64,000 nucleotides of DNA from Schizochytrium sp. TIO01 (lineage: Eukaryota > Protista > Bigyra: Labyrinthulomycetes), in assembly GCA_004764695.1 (NCBI GenBank), contig SMSO01000034.1, positions 682,001 to 746,000 on the forward strand, given 5' to 3'. Shown piece by piece: positions 38,941-51,153 of this stretch (within the stretch, counting starts at the first letter, position 1; each line of letters begins with the position of its first letter). The notes under the pieces are model-generated. The model was not told the DNA's origin. It saw only the letters and a list, made by a program, of their open reading frames with translations, and did no database searches. A program made the translations under genes and the position numbers.

Positions 38941-39962
38941 TTGTGTCTTCGCTTTGCCAAACTCCCATGACTCAAACTCATTATGTAACTACATATCACC
39001 TTAATAGACTAGTATGTCAGGAAATTGCACGATGTCGGGGTTGCAAATGATGCGAAGCCTTGGGTTCTCTCGTTGTCTGCAGCTCATTGTTCTCTTGCAA
39101 ACAACACAATGATACATTAATAAAAATATGCAATTCATGATAGACAATGATGTGGCTTGAATTGAATATAGTTGCTTTAAGAAATTTACGTCTTCTCATT
39201 TCTGACTTTGGAAGTATGCACAATAAGTCACTTATAAGATATCTGTATTTATATTGAATTATTGTCATTGTATTTGCTGCTGGGTTTTCACGCTCGCCAT
39301 GTTCAATGTAACCATGTTCCAGTAGATCAGCCACAAGAGATATTACAATGCAGGCAAAGACTACAAAAAAGTTCTATGGCAAAATATCTTTTCTCATTCC
39401 GTTTCAATTTCAAGGAATGGTCCTATTCCAGAAAGCACACCAGTGACAATTAGATTTTTAGATTCTTGAAATATGTCGACAATCATTGTTCAGTAGATAA
39501 CATCAGTATATTGACGTATCAAGGTTAATTATTATCTGATTCATGTAACTAAAAGTAACGTGATTGTTCCTTTGGGATTCTTAAATTTGCTCATGCGAGA
39601 AGCTGATTATATAGTAGGATTCCGAAGTTAGTTTTGAATGGCAAGGGGATACAAACTGTGCAGCCCAATTCGCCACACTCGATGTTTAGATCAAGTTGAG
39701 ATGTATCAAAGATAAATCAATTGTCCTTTTCTTTAATGATTACAAATCAGTGAGTAATAAATTAACTTTCAAGATTTCAAATTTGAGAGACACTTGGGTA
39801 TAACACTTTACCGTCCAAGTTAAATATCACAGCCACGGCTGCAAAGTGCATAGTTCTCGAAAATAGGAACCTGGCTGGGTTCATAGGAGTCTGGACGCTA
39901 CTTCTTTCTTCTTTGTTTTCCACACAACATTGCAAGTGTACATTGCAGTCTTTATCAAAGAC

Positions 39963-42596
39963 CTATAGAATGTCGTCTTGATACTGCGTTGTGCAAATTT
40001 CAGAGTGCCCACCAACAACCCTTCTCGCAGATGCTTGCCCCTTACACTTCACTGACCCTAGTTCCCCTCCATGGTACGCTTGGACAAAGTCTATTGGCTC
40101 ATTTGCGCTTGAAGCTTGAGAGACCTGATGACGGTACCAGATGAGGAAAACACCCGAACTAAGAAACAAGAATGTTACACAACAAATGATGGCAATCAGG
40201 ATTAGACTTAAACGACTCGGTGGATTATCGTTCTTGGTACTTGATTGATTTGTTATTGCGCTTTCTGAATTCTCTGACTGCACAACAAGTGATAAAATAT
40301 GTGGAGGCGCAGCACCCAAGTATCCAAAAACACTTGAATTCGATGTTCGAATGGACATACTTATACGACGAGCATCAAAATGGGAAATATATGCCATTTT
40401 AATTGGCAGATACACCAAGTCTCCGTACATCTCTAACAGCTCCTCTGCTCCTCCGCTTGTTGTTGACGTCATACTGTCATCTCCTAAGGAACTTAATGTC
40501 ACGTTGCTATCAAATACAACCAAACCACCTGTGCCAATTGCTGCCATAACACTGGCTTTTACGTCAAACGAACAACCACCACGTTGGACAAGAACCAAAT
40601 CAGATTGATTATATTGAACGCCCTCCAAGTCTGCCTCTGAACAAGCCGTGCCATTTAATTCATGCCACTTCATAATTTCAGGGTTGCCATAGCCTGAAAG
40701 TCCCAAACCAATACGCGTTTCTGTAAAGTTAAGCGGTTCTTCGCGGAATGTTAGCACAGGAGGAGGGGGGCGGCATGGACCAGGACTTCCATCTGATTTT
40801 GTTGGACAGAAACCACCTGCGCAATAGTATCCGCGCGAGAGGTTGGCCCCTAGCTGTGAGTTATCATACGGAGCAATTTCAAAACAATTCGCGGAACTTG
40901 GAGCAAAAAGTGTGGGGCATTCGTCAAGACTTTTCATGAGGGAAAGCTCTTCACAAAGTTCCTCACGGCGATAAAGCTCATTAAATTGAATCCGCTCATC
41001 ATATTTGGGATTACCATAGTCCATGATACCTCCAGTCAGGCCTTGCCCTTCTTCGAAACTATGTGATAACCCAAAAGAATGTCCAACTTCATGGGCGAAT
41101 GTCTGCCAGGTTGTTGCACTTCGAGAAGTTACTGCTGCATTGAGGCCAAACGAGTTGCAAATGGTTCCACGTCGCGGCTGATCATCATCAGGAGTTAAAG
41201 TCCAAGCAATGCCTACAACCCCAGGCGGAGAAAAACAATCGGTAAGAAGATGCCAGTGAGCTTGTGGAGAGAGGCCTGCTGAGCTAAGCGCGCTTGCAAG
41301 GTGGGACGTGCTACTTCTTGAATTAGTTGTGGTGTTTGTTGTTGGGAAAATCACGGAGGAGGAGGAGGAAGCAGAAGAAGAAGGAGATGTAAAGGTTGTG
41401 CTTTGTGAAGATAACGTATAACTTAGAGAAGTCATAGCCTGGAGTGGCTGTACGATGCCACAAATCATACTGTTATCAGTGCAAGAAGTTAGGTTTCCAT
41501 CAAGCAAAGAGCACACGCAGTCTGATGCAGAGACACAAGATGTTCCCAAGCTTAAACTCGGGGATGCCTCCAGATAAGATAGAAACGAACTGTTGCTGGG
41601 TCCTTTGGGAAGTTTATCAGTCACTAGTAGAATTTGTGTAATTTCAAGCTGTATATGCACTTGAAAGTGATACACCATATTAGTTGCAGCTACAATCGCT
41701 TCAATAGCTCGTAGCGTTATATCCTCGGACCCTTGAAAAGCATCTACAAACCCTGCATCAGCTACAATTCCCACTTTAGCAAAATGAACGTCTTCCATTC
41801 CTGGATAACATCCAGACCAATACTTTGGGGGGTTTTGATAAATGTCATGACTATAGGCTAATGAGCGACGCCCTCTGCTACTGTCAGTAGTAGGCCTAAT
41901 CTTGAAGTTATGCAAAGGTGCATTTGAAGTATTGGCCATCTTCTGAGCGTGTTGCATAGCTTCAGGCATAGCGGAGGCGTTTAACACAGCGAACCGCATC
42001 GCCTGTTGACCCTGAGTGTCAAGCCGCAATGCACCGCATGTGGCCCCTTCAGGGTTGTTGTTTTCGTGATTCTTTTCGGTCTCCAAAAGTGATCTTCGAT
42101 GCAAGACATGATCATTGGGGAGCATTTCGCCAAGCTCTTGAGCTTGTGAGCTGTTCAAGAATGATTCTGCCATTATAAAAGGTTGAATATGGATGTGTTC
42201 AGACGGTTTGTGGACAACACGAAGTATATGATAAGATCCTGGCTCTAGCTGAGTTACAAGAACCCAGCCATCTGCGAGTACCTGTGAGAAAGTTGCTGCG
42301 GAGTAGGTTTCCTCTCTCTTCAAAATGCCATGTTTCTGATGAGACTGAAAGATTTCAACACCTTCCATACCTACGCTGTTACGCTGAAGGTTGTTGTAAC
42401 GATGTTTGTGCCCACGATCATCACTGAACCAAAGGTCTGCGGTTGAGTTATTTGGAGAAATGTGCAATCCGAGATGCTCTGCACGAGCAAAACCGCGGAT
42501 ATACGTATCGTCGTTGTACAAACTCCCCAGACTTATTCCCTCAAGATATAAAGGGAGGATGAAGAGAACCAGTGCGCATAGATGTATGGATTGCAT
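39963..42596 (-). CDS. Membrane-anchored reprolysin-type (M12) zinc metalloprotease with PA domain
   Basis: Signal peptide; prodomain ending in RRS sites; TFAHEVGHSFGLSH; Met-turn GIMDY; PA motif LVLVQRGGCSFDVKA; C-terminal TM helix. Confidence 0.88.
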   Translation of the reverse strand: MQSIHLCALVLFILPLYLEGISLGSLYNDDTYIRGFARAEHLGLHISPNNSTADLWFSDDRGHKHRYNNLQRNSVGMEGVEIFQSHQKHGILKREETYSAATFSQVLADGWVLVTQLEPGSYHILRVVHKPSEHIHIQPFIMAESFLNSSQAQELGEMLPNDHVLHRRSLLETEKNHENNNPEGATCGALRLDTQGQQAMRFAVLNASAMPEAMQHAQKMANTSNAPLHNFKIRPTTDSSRGRRSLAYSHDIYQNPPKYWSGCYPGMEDVHFAKVGIVADAGFVDAFQGSEDITLRAIEAIVAATNMVYHFQVHIQLEITQILLVTDKLPKGPSNSSFLSYLEASPSLSLGTSCVSASDCVCSLLDGNLTSCTDNSMICGIVQPLQAMTSLSYTLSSQSTTFTSPSSSASSSSSVIFPTTNTTTNSRSSTSHLASALSSAGLSPQAHWHLLTDCFSPPGVVGIAWTLTPDDDQPRRGTICNSFGLNAAVTSRSATTWQTFAHEVGHSFGLSHSFEEGQGLTGGIMDYGNPKYDERIQFNELYRREELCEELSLMKSLDECPTLFAPSSANCFEIAPYDNSQLGANLSRGYYCAGGFCPTKSDGSPGPCRPPPPVLTFREEPLNFTETRIGLGLSGYGNPEIMKWHELNGTACSEADLEGVQYNQSDLVLVQRGGCSFDVKASVMAAIGTGGLVVFDSNVTLSSLGDDSMTSTTSGGAEELLEMYGDLVYLPIKMAYISHFDARRISMSIRTSNSSVFGYLGAAPPHILSLVVQSENSESAITNQSSTKNDNPPSRLSLILIAIICCVTFLFLSSGVFLIWYRHQVSQASSANEPIDFVQAYHGGELGSVKCKGQASARRVVGGHSEICTTQYQDDIL

Positions 42597-44668
42597 GCTA
42601 TTCTAATTCAAAGGCAATAGTAAATTCGTCAGCAGATTAGAATGCCCTTTCCGCTGGTTTCTGCCCAGTCTATTTCCAGTCCAGAAGAATAAAAGGATAT
42701 GCAGGTTAACTCTTCGTGTGATTGTCTGCTCCTACCTTGATCAAGTGGAGTTTTTACAGCAACTGGGTCGACAAAAAGGGACCGGTATGCTCAAAAACTA
42801 TGACTCAATGAGAAACACTCCGCATCCGAGTCTGTCTCAGGAACAAGTCTCACTGAAACCACTTAACCAACAAGCAGAGCAAGTTTACTTTGAGATTGAA
42901 GGACAATCCAGTCTGGATATGGTAAGAAACTGTGTCGATCTATCTTCTAGACGCTCAAAGCCCAAACTCAAGAGCTGAGTCTTCATCAAAAATTGCAAGT
43001 CCCAGAGTGAAAACACAATAATTCCTTTCCTTTCAAAGGTAAATTGAAAGGAGTGAAGTACTACTAAGCATTCACCACTAACTAGTTTCTACATAAGTAC
43101 TACCAAAAACTGGCGCGATGGCATGAAGGTGTGCACTGTTTGTTTTGTATAGAAAATGAAAGAAAAAAACAGTGTGGTTGGCGTGACTGTTAAGGTTTGA
43201 ATCAGTCCTGCTAATTTGCCTCAACGATGCATTGGCCATTAGCTAGTTTATGACGTCGATAACTTTGCTAGATACACATGGTCAGCGTTAACTTATCAAA
43301 GGATAATGAGAGTACATGGACCCGTACCCAAGATAGAAAACTAGACTTCAGCTTTAGAAGGTACTAGTTTTCGAAGTGATCAATTTTAACGGACGCAAAC
43401 AATGTACATATTAGATTTCCTTTCATTTTGTTAATCTGACCCATATTTTAAACTCAACTTTTGAAGTTTAGTAGATGTCATGCCATATACTAGCGCCTCA
43501 TTTTACCTGAAAAGGCAGGCCAGGTTTTTTTGTAAAATATCATACCTTGAGGTGTGGGCATCCATTTTCCAAACTTATCTTGATTCTGCTTGCCATGAAC
43601 ATCAAACTTTGCAAACAATTCTAAAACATGGTAAGGGCGACATGGTAAGGGTAACCACTTCAAGTTCCCAAATAAGTACGTGGGCTCACAAGTTAAGACT
43701 TACAATTTGTGGCAATTCTCGAGTGTTGGGTATTTTGCAAGTTCTATCAAGATACAATTCAAGTATTATAACAGTGATCAAGGTGCGATAATACAGTTAG
43801 ATATATTTTTAATTTAGAAATGGAAAAACAGAAAGCAAGAATAGTACTAAGGAACAAAAACAACAAACAAACTAAATGATCGAATATGTATTAGGCCCAT
43901 GAGCAATTATAAATGGTCAGGATCAAGTATAATGGTCGTTTGTCCAGTTTGAGAGGGCATACGCGAAATCTTTGAACTGTTCTTGAGAAATATGAGTCAA
44001 CCTTGAAGGGAAACCCGAGAACCATCGTACGAACTAAAGCAAGATCTAGCAGCTAGTAAGTAGGGTAGTTAGTTGCTTAGTACTAGGCGATTAATCGGTT
44101 AGATGAGTTTCCTAGTAGAAAGGCTAGCACAGGAACCAGTATTGGTAGAAGGAATTAGAGACTCAGGTAGAACGAGCCATAGATAAATTTTGGCAGTTGC
44201 GTTAGTATTTCGTAGAACAGTTTCGTAGAATGTTTGATAACCTCTATTCTAATTAAAACAATGACCAGGTTTGCAGCATACCATAATTTTTTTAATCACA
44301 TCTGAGACTGCCTACTAAGATTTGTTAAACCCGCCCAATAATATCGTGATGAGCATTAACTTCTGTATTTGCAAGAGTAGGTTTCTACAGTGCGCTATTT
44401 ATTTATTTTATTTTATTTTTTTTTATTTTTTAAAGGAATGAGGGGCCTATTATAATACCCAGTTACCGGAATCGCAGATGTCAGAATATTTTAAAAATTG
44501 AAAATAGAAAATAACGTGCGTGTGGTTGAGCAGGGCATCGTGTCTCAGAACAAACTCACTTATTGAATGACGACAGCCAGAGGGCTGTTCGTCAAGTCGG
44601 GTTCTGCTTCAAAGGAAGTAAACGCTTGTTAAGAAGAACTTTAAAGTCAGGGAGAGGCGGCAGACACT

Positions 44669-47608
44669 ATGAGTCGTTCTACTGCGGAGCGCCTTCGCGC
44701 ACTTGCTTCTGAGGTTGAAAGCACACATCGACAACACATGGGGCGCATCAGCTCTTTGGAAACTCAACTCTCAAACAGTCGCATCGCTGAAGGCACGCTC
44801 GAAGATAGGGTAGAAGAGCTAGATGATGCTAACACAAAACTTGAAAGTGAGATTTCTGCGCTCAAATCAGAGCTCAAAGAAGCTCGTGATAATGCTTCAT
44901 CACGAGAGGAAGCCCAACTAAGAGAGATTGCTGCACTACGCTTTGATCTTGCACAAACGAAAAAAGACTTGCGAACGGCCAAGAGAGAAGCTGCATGGAA
45001 CCAGAATAGTACCCAAGCTGGAGTGACTGGGTCTGGACTTGATCTGAGTGGCCTAATTGATGCTGAAGATCACGACCTTGTGCTCCCTGAGGATTTTGTG
45101 AGTGCTGCACGACGAGGTCTCACAGGCATTATACGCGACGTATTGAAGCCGAGTGTAAACGAATGGCGAGAATCTAAGCTTAAGGAGATTCTTGGAAAAG
45201 CTCTAATCGAGGTTGCCGCCCAAGGTCCCTCGCATGTAGAAGCACTCAAGCTCCTGCTCGAGCAAGGTGCAGATGTCAACGCTACGCGACCTTTCACTGA
45301 AGATGGTCGCTCCGCATTGCATGTTGCAGCTGCCAAGGGCCACAAGGAAATCCTTAGTTTGCTTTTATCACAACCCTCAATTCGCCTTGACCCACTTGAC
45401 TCTCGAGGCCGGACCCCACTCCACCTGGCGTCCCGTCTGCGCAAGGTAGAGGCAGCACGTGTGCTGCTTCGCAAGGGTGCTGATCCTGATGCTTTAACTC
45501 GCGAAGGACAAAATGCAAAGGATCTCGCAAAACTCGCAACAGAGCAGGGTGACCAATGGTTTTCATTGTCTTTCTCCCCCATGAGTATCACACAAGTTTT
45601 TGAGAACCCGTCAGTGATGTTTTGGAATGCGTCAGCTCTTGGTCTTCGCCACTACAAAGATGAAAACTGGACCGAGTCCCACAAGTATTTTACTCGTGCT
45701 GTTGATGTGATATCATCCTCACCGCAAGTTGCGAATTCACGTGACCTGTCAAGGTTATATTACAACCGGGCAAAGGTTGGTATACACCTAGGTGAGGTGC
45801 TTCAAGCACTTCGGGACAGCGAAGAAGCTATTTCGCGAAACGCAAACTATCTAAATGCAATCGAAATTCGCGCAGACTGTTATTTGAAGCTCTTTGACTT
45901 TGAGCGAGCTGAAAATGATTATGACCGGCTGTGTGACATGACTCTAGCTTCGGATGATCCGTCCGTCATGAGCAAGTATAGCACTTTTAAGGTGCAGAGG
46001 GAGAAGGCCCGCAAGTCCCGTCGTGCAACTCATTACCAAATTTTGGGTGTCTCCAAGCGCTCAACGCCTGCTCAAATTAAGCGTGCCTTTCGAACTTCAT
46101 CAATCATGTGGCATCCTGATAAGCACAGTAAATCTGAAGAGGACCGCCACCGCGCCCAATTACACTTTCAGCGCATTAACGAAGCTCGTGAGATTCTGTT
46201 GGACTCAAATCGCCGCATCATCTATGATAGCGAACAGCGTCGCTCTCATTTTTGGGCTTACGATGACGATGACGACGAAGATGATGAAGATGAAGAAGAC
46301 GATTACTATGACGCATATAATGATGACAAAGACCAGAATTCAAGTTATAATAAATCTGGTAGTGTTTCAAATGCTACAAAACATAGCTACCCATGGCTTC
46401 ACGCAACTGGTTGCAAGCCACTCGCAGATGACAAGGTTTCATTCCAGACTATGTTAAAGGAACGTGCTCGTGAACAGGCTGAACGAGAGGCAGCTGAAGA
46501 GGCAGCAAGAGCTGCCAAGCGAGCTGCAGATGCAGCGGCAACATTGGCTGCTCAACGCGACAAGCAACTAGCTGAGACGATTGAAGTTTCTCCTCCGAAT
46601 AAACCACAACAGTCCACTACAAAGTCTCGAGAGGAAATTCCCTCATTTAGGCCTGAGCCTGTCGAAGACGAAGATGAATATGAGGATTGTGCAACAGAAA
46701 TTACTCAAGACGGCTTAGAACAAGAAGGACACCAACAGAAAGAAGATGTGAGCTCTACTACTGTACCTGAAGTTTCTGCACCGCTTACGAGCAAGCGGAG
46801 TGCCGAAGTTGCAGGCGACTTCAAGAAGGAGAGCCCTCAAAACGAAGCTGTCCAAAACGATGCTGTCCAAAGCGAAGAGGAAAACAGCCCTAACAAAATT
46901 AGAAGCGATGACAACAACCCAAGATATGGTGCATTTGCCGCTGTTGAAAAGTGTGATGCTGAGAGTGATAAGGAATACTCTAGTGAGGATGACAATAATA
47001 ATTGTGAGGGTGACGAAGATGAAGACGAAGACGAAGATGAAGACGGACACTTTGCAGGATTTCAACAACATTATCAGGGCTTGTTTGGTCACCCATTCAC
47101 AACCCCGCTGACTCACATCCGTGGTGATAATCTTGAGGAAAACTCTGATTATTCTGATGGTGCAGAAGAAGAATCACTGAATAGTGAGATGTATGAATTT
47201 TCACAAACTAATTTCCCTTCTATCTATGAGATAGCAATGAGACACGCAATGAAATATAATGCTACTGATGATACTGTTGTGAATGAGGAGAATTCGTTTT
47301 CTGATGCAAACGAGGAGAATGCGTTTTCTGAGATAGATGAGGATTCCAGAGTCGATAGTGACGGAATTCTCGATAATGCATCCGAAATTGATGAAGGGCC
47401 GACTGCCCAAGCTTCAAGTAGTATTGGTTTATGTAGCAAGGAGGCTAGTTTTGCTGACAACATCACCCCTGCTTTGAATGCCAACGAAAGCGATCCCCAG
47501 AGTTTCAAGGCGCAGTTCTCTCCAGGAGGGCATGCTAAGCCTAAGCCTACAACGAAATCTGCTATGCGCAGAAATCGTCGACAGACTGCAAAAAAGCAAA
47601 ATGTATAA
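44669..47608 (+). CDS. Coiled-coil + ankyrin + TPR + J-domain (DnaJ) co-chaperone with acidic tail
   Basis: Ankyrin motifs GRSALHVAA and GRTPLHLAS; TPR LYYNRAK; J domain HYQILGV...WHPDKH...FQRINEAREIL. Confidence 0.9.
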   Translation: MSRSTAERLRALASEVESTHRQHMGRISSLETQLSNSRIAEGTLEDRVEELDDANTKLESEISALKSELKEARDNASSREEAQLREIAALRFDLAQTKKDLRTAKREAAWNQNSTQAGVTGSGLDLSGLIDAEDHDLVLPEDFVSAARRGLTGIIRDVLKPSVNEWRESKLKEILGKALIEVAAQGPSHVEALKLLLEQGADVNATRPFTEDGRSALHVAAAKGHKEILSLLLSQPSIRLDPLDSRGRTPLHLASRLRKVEAARVLLRKGADPDALTREGQNAKDLAKLATEQGDQWFSLSFSPMSITQVFENPSVMFWNASALGLRHYKDENWTESHKYFTRAVDVISSSPQVANSRDLSRLYYNRAKVGIHLGEVLQALRDSEEAISRNANYLNAIEIRADCYLKLFDFERAENDYDRLCDMTLASDDPSVMSKYSTFKVQREKARKSRRATHYQILGVSKRSTPAQIKRAFRTSSIMWHPDKHSKSEEDRHRAQLHFQRINEAREILLDSNRRIIYDSEQRRSHFWAYDDDDDEDDEDEEDDYYDAYNDDKDQNSSYNKSGSVSNATKHSYPWLHATGCKPLADDKVSFQTMLKERAREQAEREAAEEAARAAKRAADAAATLAAQRDKQLAETIEVSPPNKPQQSTTKSREEIPSFRPEPVEDEDEYEDCATEITQDGLEQEGHQQKEDVSSTTVPEVSAPLTSKRSAEVAGDFKKESPQNEAVQNDAVQSEEENSPNKIRSDDNNPRYGAFAAVEKCDAESDKEYSSEDDNNNCEGDEDEDEDEDEDGHFAGFQQHYQGLFGHPFTTPLTHIRGDNLEENSDYSDGAEEESLNSEMYEFSQTNFPSIYEIAMRHAMKYNATDDTVVNEENSFSDANEENAFSEIDEDSRVDSDGILDNASEIDEGPTAQASSSIGLCSKEASFADNITPALNANESDPQSFKAQFSPGGHAKPKPTTKSAMRRNRRQTAKKQNV

Positions 47609-49438
47609 CATTGCGCCCGTTTGATTGCTGATAAAATGAATGGATCATTCAGTAAGGCCAGAAAAGAAAGGAGTCCCTTTCAATTGAACGAATAGCTTCT
47701 TGTTTTGTTTTTTGTGTATGAGGATTTTTTTAATTTTAAAAAATAGAAATGAAGGCGGAATATTGCATCTTTGCTTTTCAATTATGCCTCTAAATAAAGT
47801 TTAAGGCTGGTATTATTTCATTTTCTGTGTTTTTGGAGGTGCGAATAAAGTTCTAACAGCATTTTATATGTCTTTGGGAGTTCAAGAAGCTGCATGATGT
47901 TAATTCCCGAATAAATTTCGTTTTCCTTTCTACGAGATACCTGATAAGAACAGTTTTTCAATATTCGTTTTGTTGCCCAAGGGGGTCCAAGCGCAAGTTT
48001 CTGCAAGCGAAGGGAATCAATTGCGGACGTTTAAGAATCGCCTAGAGATAGGCAGGCGAAAATAAATCTTCAAATTCAGCTAGGGCAAAGGAAGAGGAAG
48101 AGGTTTCAATGAAGCGCCATTGGTTTGCTTGGAGTTGCATGTAGATCAAAATGAGGATGGAAGACTCGCTTAGCTAGTACACATTGATTTTGATGTAACT
48201 ATCGTGATATACAGATAAGTGATTGTTGATATGCTCACATTAAAATGAAGAGAAGCCATAATTTGAGAATTGCTGCCGATCGTTGCTTGCAATAAAGTAT
48301 CATGGTACTTGTAAGACAAAATAAGAAAATGAGAACCAAGATAGAACTCTTTGTAGAGGAAAAACCGGAAGCGTTTTAATGCTAAGAATAGAAGTCCCTC
48401 ATTTTAGTTTGTTGTTTTAAGCAAGCAGACAAATTAAGTTGCAAACAAAGAGAGAATATCCAAAAATATCAGTTGGCTAGTGATTGATCATCGCGTACTA
48501 CATTTGCAGGTTTGCGCATCAAATCAACTGAACGACTGGTGATTTTTCGTTTGCTAGCGTGAAAAGGATCGTTGGCAGTCTTCAGAATACGGTTGTGCAT
48601 GTGGCATACCTATTTAACTAGAACATTTAGATTTTTTACGTCGTTGGTTGCCCTGTTCTGTCCAAAATATTTTCGCTTTATGAGGTTGAACCTTTTGAAC
48701 TGGTATTCAAGTATTTGTGAAGATGCTATTTTTATTTTTTTAAACTATCAGACTCAGACAAACAGAAAGCGTATTGATCAGAAGAGTTGTCATATTTACT
48801 TCTTCCGGCAGCAGGAAAAGAAACTAAGAATTCTACCAGTACAACAAAAGTACAGAGATAGCGTTCATTCCAATGTACCAGTGAGCGAAAATGGAAAGAA
48901 GTCTACTTCTTATTCTTTTCTTTTTAGAGTGATGGTGGATATGGGAGCAAGGGAAGGTGCATCTGTTAAATGGATGTACAATTGCTAACACAAGGGATGA
49001 CAAGCCTCAGGCAAGATGGGGAATATCAATCAGGAGTGAATGAATCACAGGTATAAAAAAGCAATGCGAAAAAAATCAAAGGAAATAGGGAGCAGAAGAA
49101 GTGTGTATAAGAGACAAACGTTAATTTGGGACTGTCGAAATTGGGATAGAATAGTAGTTGCCCATGAATGGAGTACAGGTGCTACTGGGGTTGAATCAAC
49201 AGAATGGAAAAGCAAAAAGAGCACTGCGAACAGGTAGATAGGTAAATGCGTAGCCATGCGCGCTGTGCGGTTGATATTTCTCTCTCATTTCTCAAGTTCT
49301 TTCTCTTTCCCTCGCGGAGATGAGCTGAGCACGGTCTGTCGTCTTCATCATCATGTGCTTTCTTCTTCTTCTTCTTCTTCTTCTTTTTCTTTTCTGTTCT
49401 TCTGTAGTCGGTTGGCTGGTTGGCTGATTGGCCTATCT

Positions 49439-50497
49439 TTACTCGTTTCCGTCAGCAGCGGCAGCAGGGGACTGCGCCTGAGCGGGGGCAGGCTGCTGAG
49501 CAGGAGGCTGCTGCTGGGCAGCGGAGGAAGCTCCGCGCATGTGGGGGCGAACAACAAACTGCATGGCGTTGGCCTCCGTACCGTTGGTGAATTGAACGTG
49601 GGTGAACTCGGGCTGAAAGTCAAGGTCGATGCCGTCGTTCTCGAGGAAACGACGTCCGTAGCAGATACCATCGACCGCACGGAAGACGGGGTTCTGGCCA
49701 ACGGCAGTGATCTTGACGTTAACACTCTCGCGCACGTTGTTAGCAATGGCACCTGCGAGCTGGCTGGTGCTTGAGGTACCGGCAGACTTGAGGTTCTGAA
49801 AGGAGTCCGCAGGAGGCTTGGCTCCACGGGGCGTCTTCTTGAGGTTGAGGAGGATCAGGTCCTTGATCTCGCCGCCGGTATTGCCGCGCGAGACCTCCAC
49901 CACCAGGTCCATGCCATCTGCCTCCAAGTATGAGCGTGCAATGGCCACGGCCTTGACGGCCTGGTTCACGGATGCAGGTCCAACTGCAGAAAGCACTGGG
50001 GGTTCTCCCTCGCGCGAGGTATGCGCGATGGACCCGGCAACCTGCTTGACGGGACTTGAGGCTGCCACGGCCAGCACCTTCCGCCCCTGAGTGAATTCGG
50101 GAAGAGCCTGTGCGACTGCACCAGAGCCTGCTGCGCCAGATGATCCTGAGTTGTTGTTGCCGCGGCCGTTCGCGTTGCCGCCGTTCACGTTGCCGCTGTT
50201 GCCGGGACCTCCGTTGGTGCCATTGTCATTGCGCCTGCGAGAGCCAGCAGCGCCGCCACGGCCCCTGCCGCGACCACGGCCTCCACGAGCACCGCCGGGA
50301 GCGCCGCGCCTTCGACCGTTCGCAGAGGCGCCGTTGTTGTTGGAGTTGTTGTTGGCGCTGTTGTTGGTGTTGGCGGAGGAAGAGGAGGCTGGCTGCGAAG
50401 AGGACGGAGCCGAGGGAGGGGAAGACGAGGAAGGGGCAGGGACAGAGGGAGGGGCAGAAGAAAGGTCCGCCGAAGCGGCGTCGAGACCGTCCGCCAT
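49439..50497 (-). CDS. Protein with two tandem SpoVS (Alba-like fold) domains and an N-terminal RGG/low-complexity region
   Basis: VLAVAASSPVKQVAGSIA...SAVGPASVNQAVKAVAIARSYL and LKSAGTSSTSQLAGAIA...TAVGQNPVFRAVDGICYGRRFL...DLDFQPEF match the SpoVS consensus. GC3-rich codons. Confidence 0.85.
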   Translation of the reverse strand: MADGLDAASADLSSAPPSVPAPSSSSPPSAPSSSQPASSSSANTNNSANNNSNNNGASANGRRRGAPGGARGGRGRGRGRGGAAGSRRRNDNGTNGGPGNSGNVNGGNANGRGNNNSGSSGAAGSGAVAQALPEFTQGRKVLAVAASSPVKQVAGSIAHTSREGEPPVLSAVGPASVNQAVKAVAIARSYLEADGMDLVVEVSRGNTGGEIKDLILLNLKKTPRGAKPPADSFQNLKSAGTSSTSQLAGAIANNVRESVNVKITAVGQNPVFRAVDGICYGRRFLENDGIDLDFQPEFTHVQFTNGTEANAMQFVVRPHMRGASSAAQQQPPAQQPAPAQAQSPAAAADGNE

Positions 50498-50558
50498 CTC
50501 GTCACGAACGAAGGCGTGAAGAGGTGAGGTCGGGAGGAGGAGGAGACAAGGATAGGGA

Positions 50559-50683
50559 CTGAAGAGAGAGAGAGAGACAGAGAGAGAAGTAGAGAGAAGT
50601 AGAGAGAAGTAGAGAGAAGTAGAGAGAAGTAGAGAGAAGTAGCACTAGTAGAACAAGCGTCGAAGAAGTACTAAGATACTTAC
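50559..50683 (-). other. Probable 5'-UTR intron of the SpoVS-domain gene, built largely of a 10-bp repeat
   Basis: Minus strand GTAAGT at 50683, (TACTTCTCTC)x6 tract, TTCAG ending at 50559. Confidence 0.6.
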
Positions 50684-51039
50684 TTGACTATTAACACTAC
50701 CTATCTATGGATCTATCTATCTATGGATCTATCTATGGATCTATCTATGGATCTATCTATCAATCGATCTATCAATCGATCTATCTAATTTAGCTACTCC
50801 TATCTTATGTATCTTATGTAGTATGTGAACACATAGGAGTTAATTAGCAAGTGAGGGAGTTAGTTAGCTAGCTAGTTAGTTAGTTGGTTAGTTAGTTCGT
50901 GGATAGCTCGTTAGTAATTAAATACGAAAGTGTCATTCTTGATGCTGTTGCCTTAATAAGTATCAGCTAGATGAATAAAAGACAGAGAGGTAGTATTGCA
51001 TTTACTTAGTCGGTGACATTAGGTACCTACCTACCTACC

Positions 51040-51153
<114 letters not shown>

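Noticed and set aside
49256-50562. Several antisense and alternate-frame ORFs over the SpoVS-domain gene
   Set aside because: Expected shadow ORFs of GC3-biased coding sequence.
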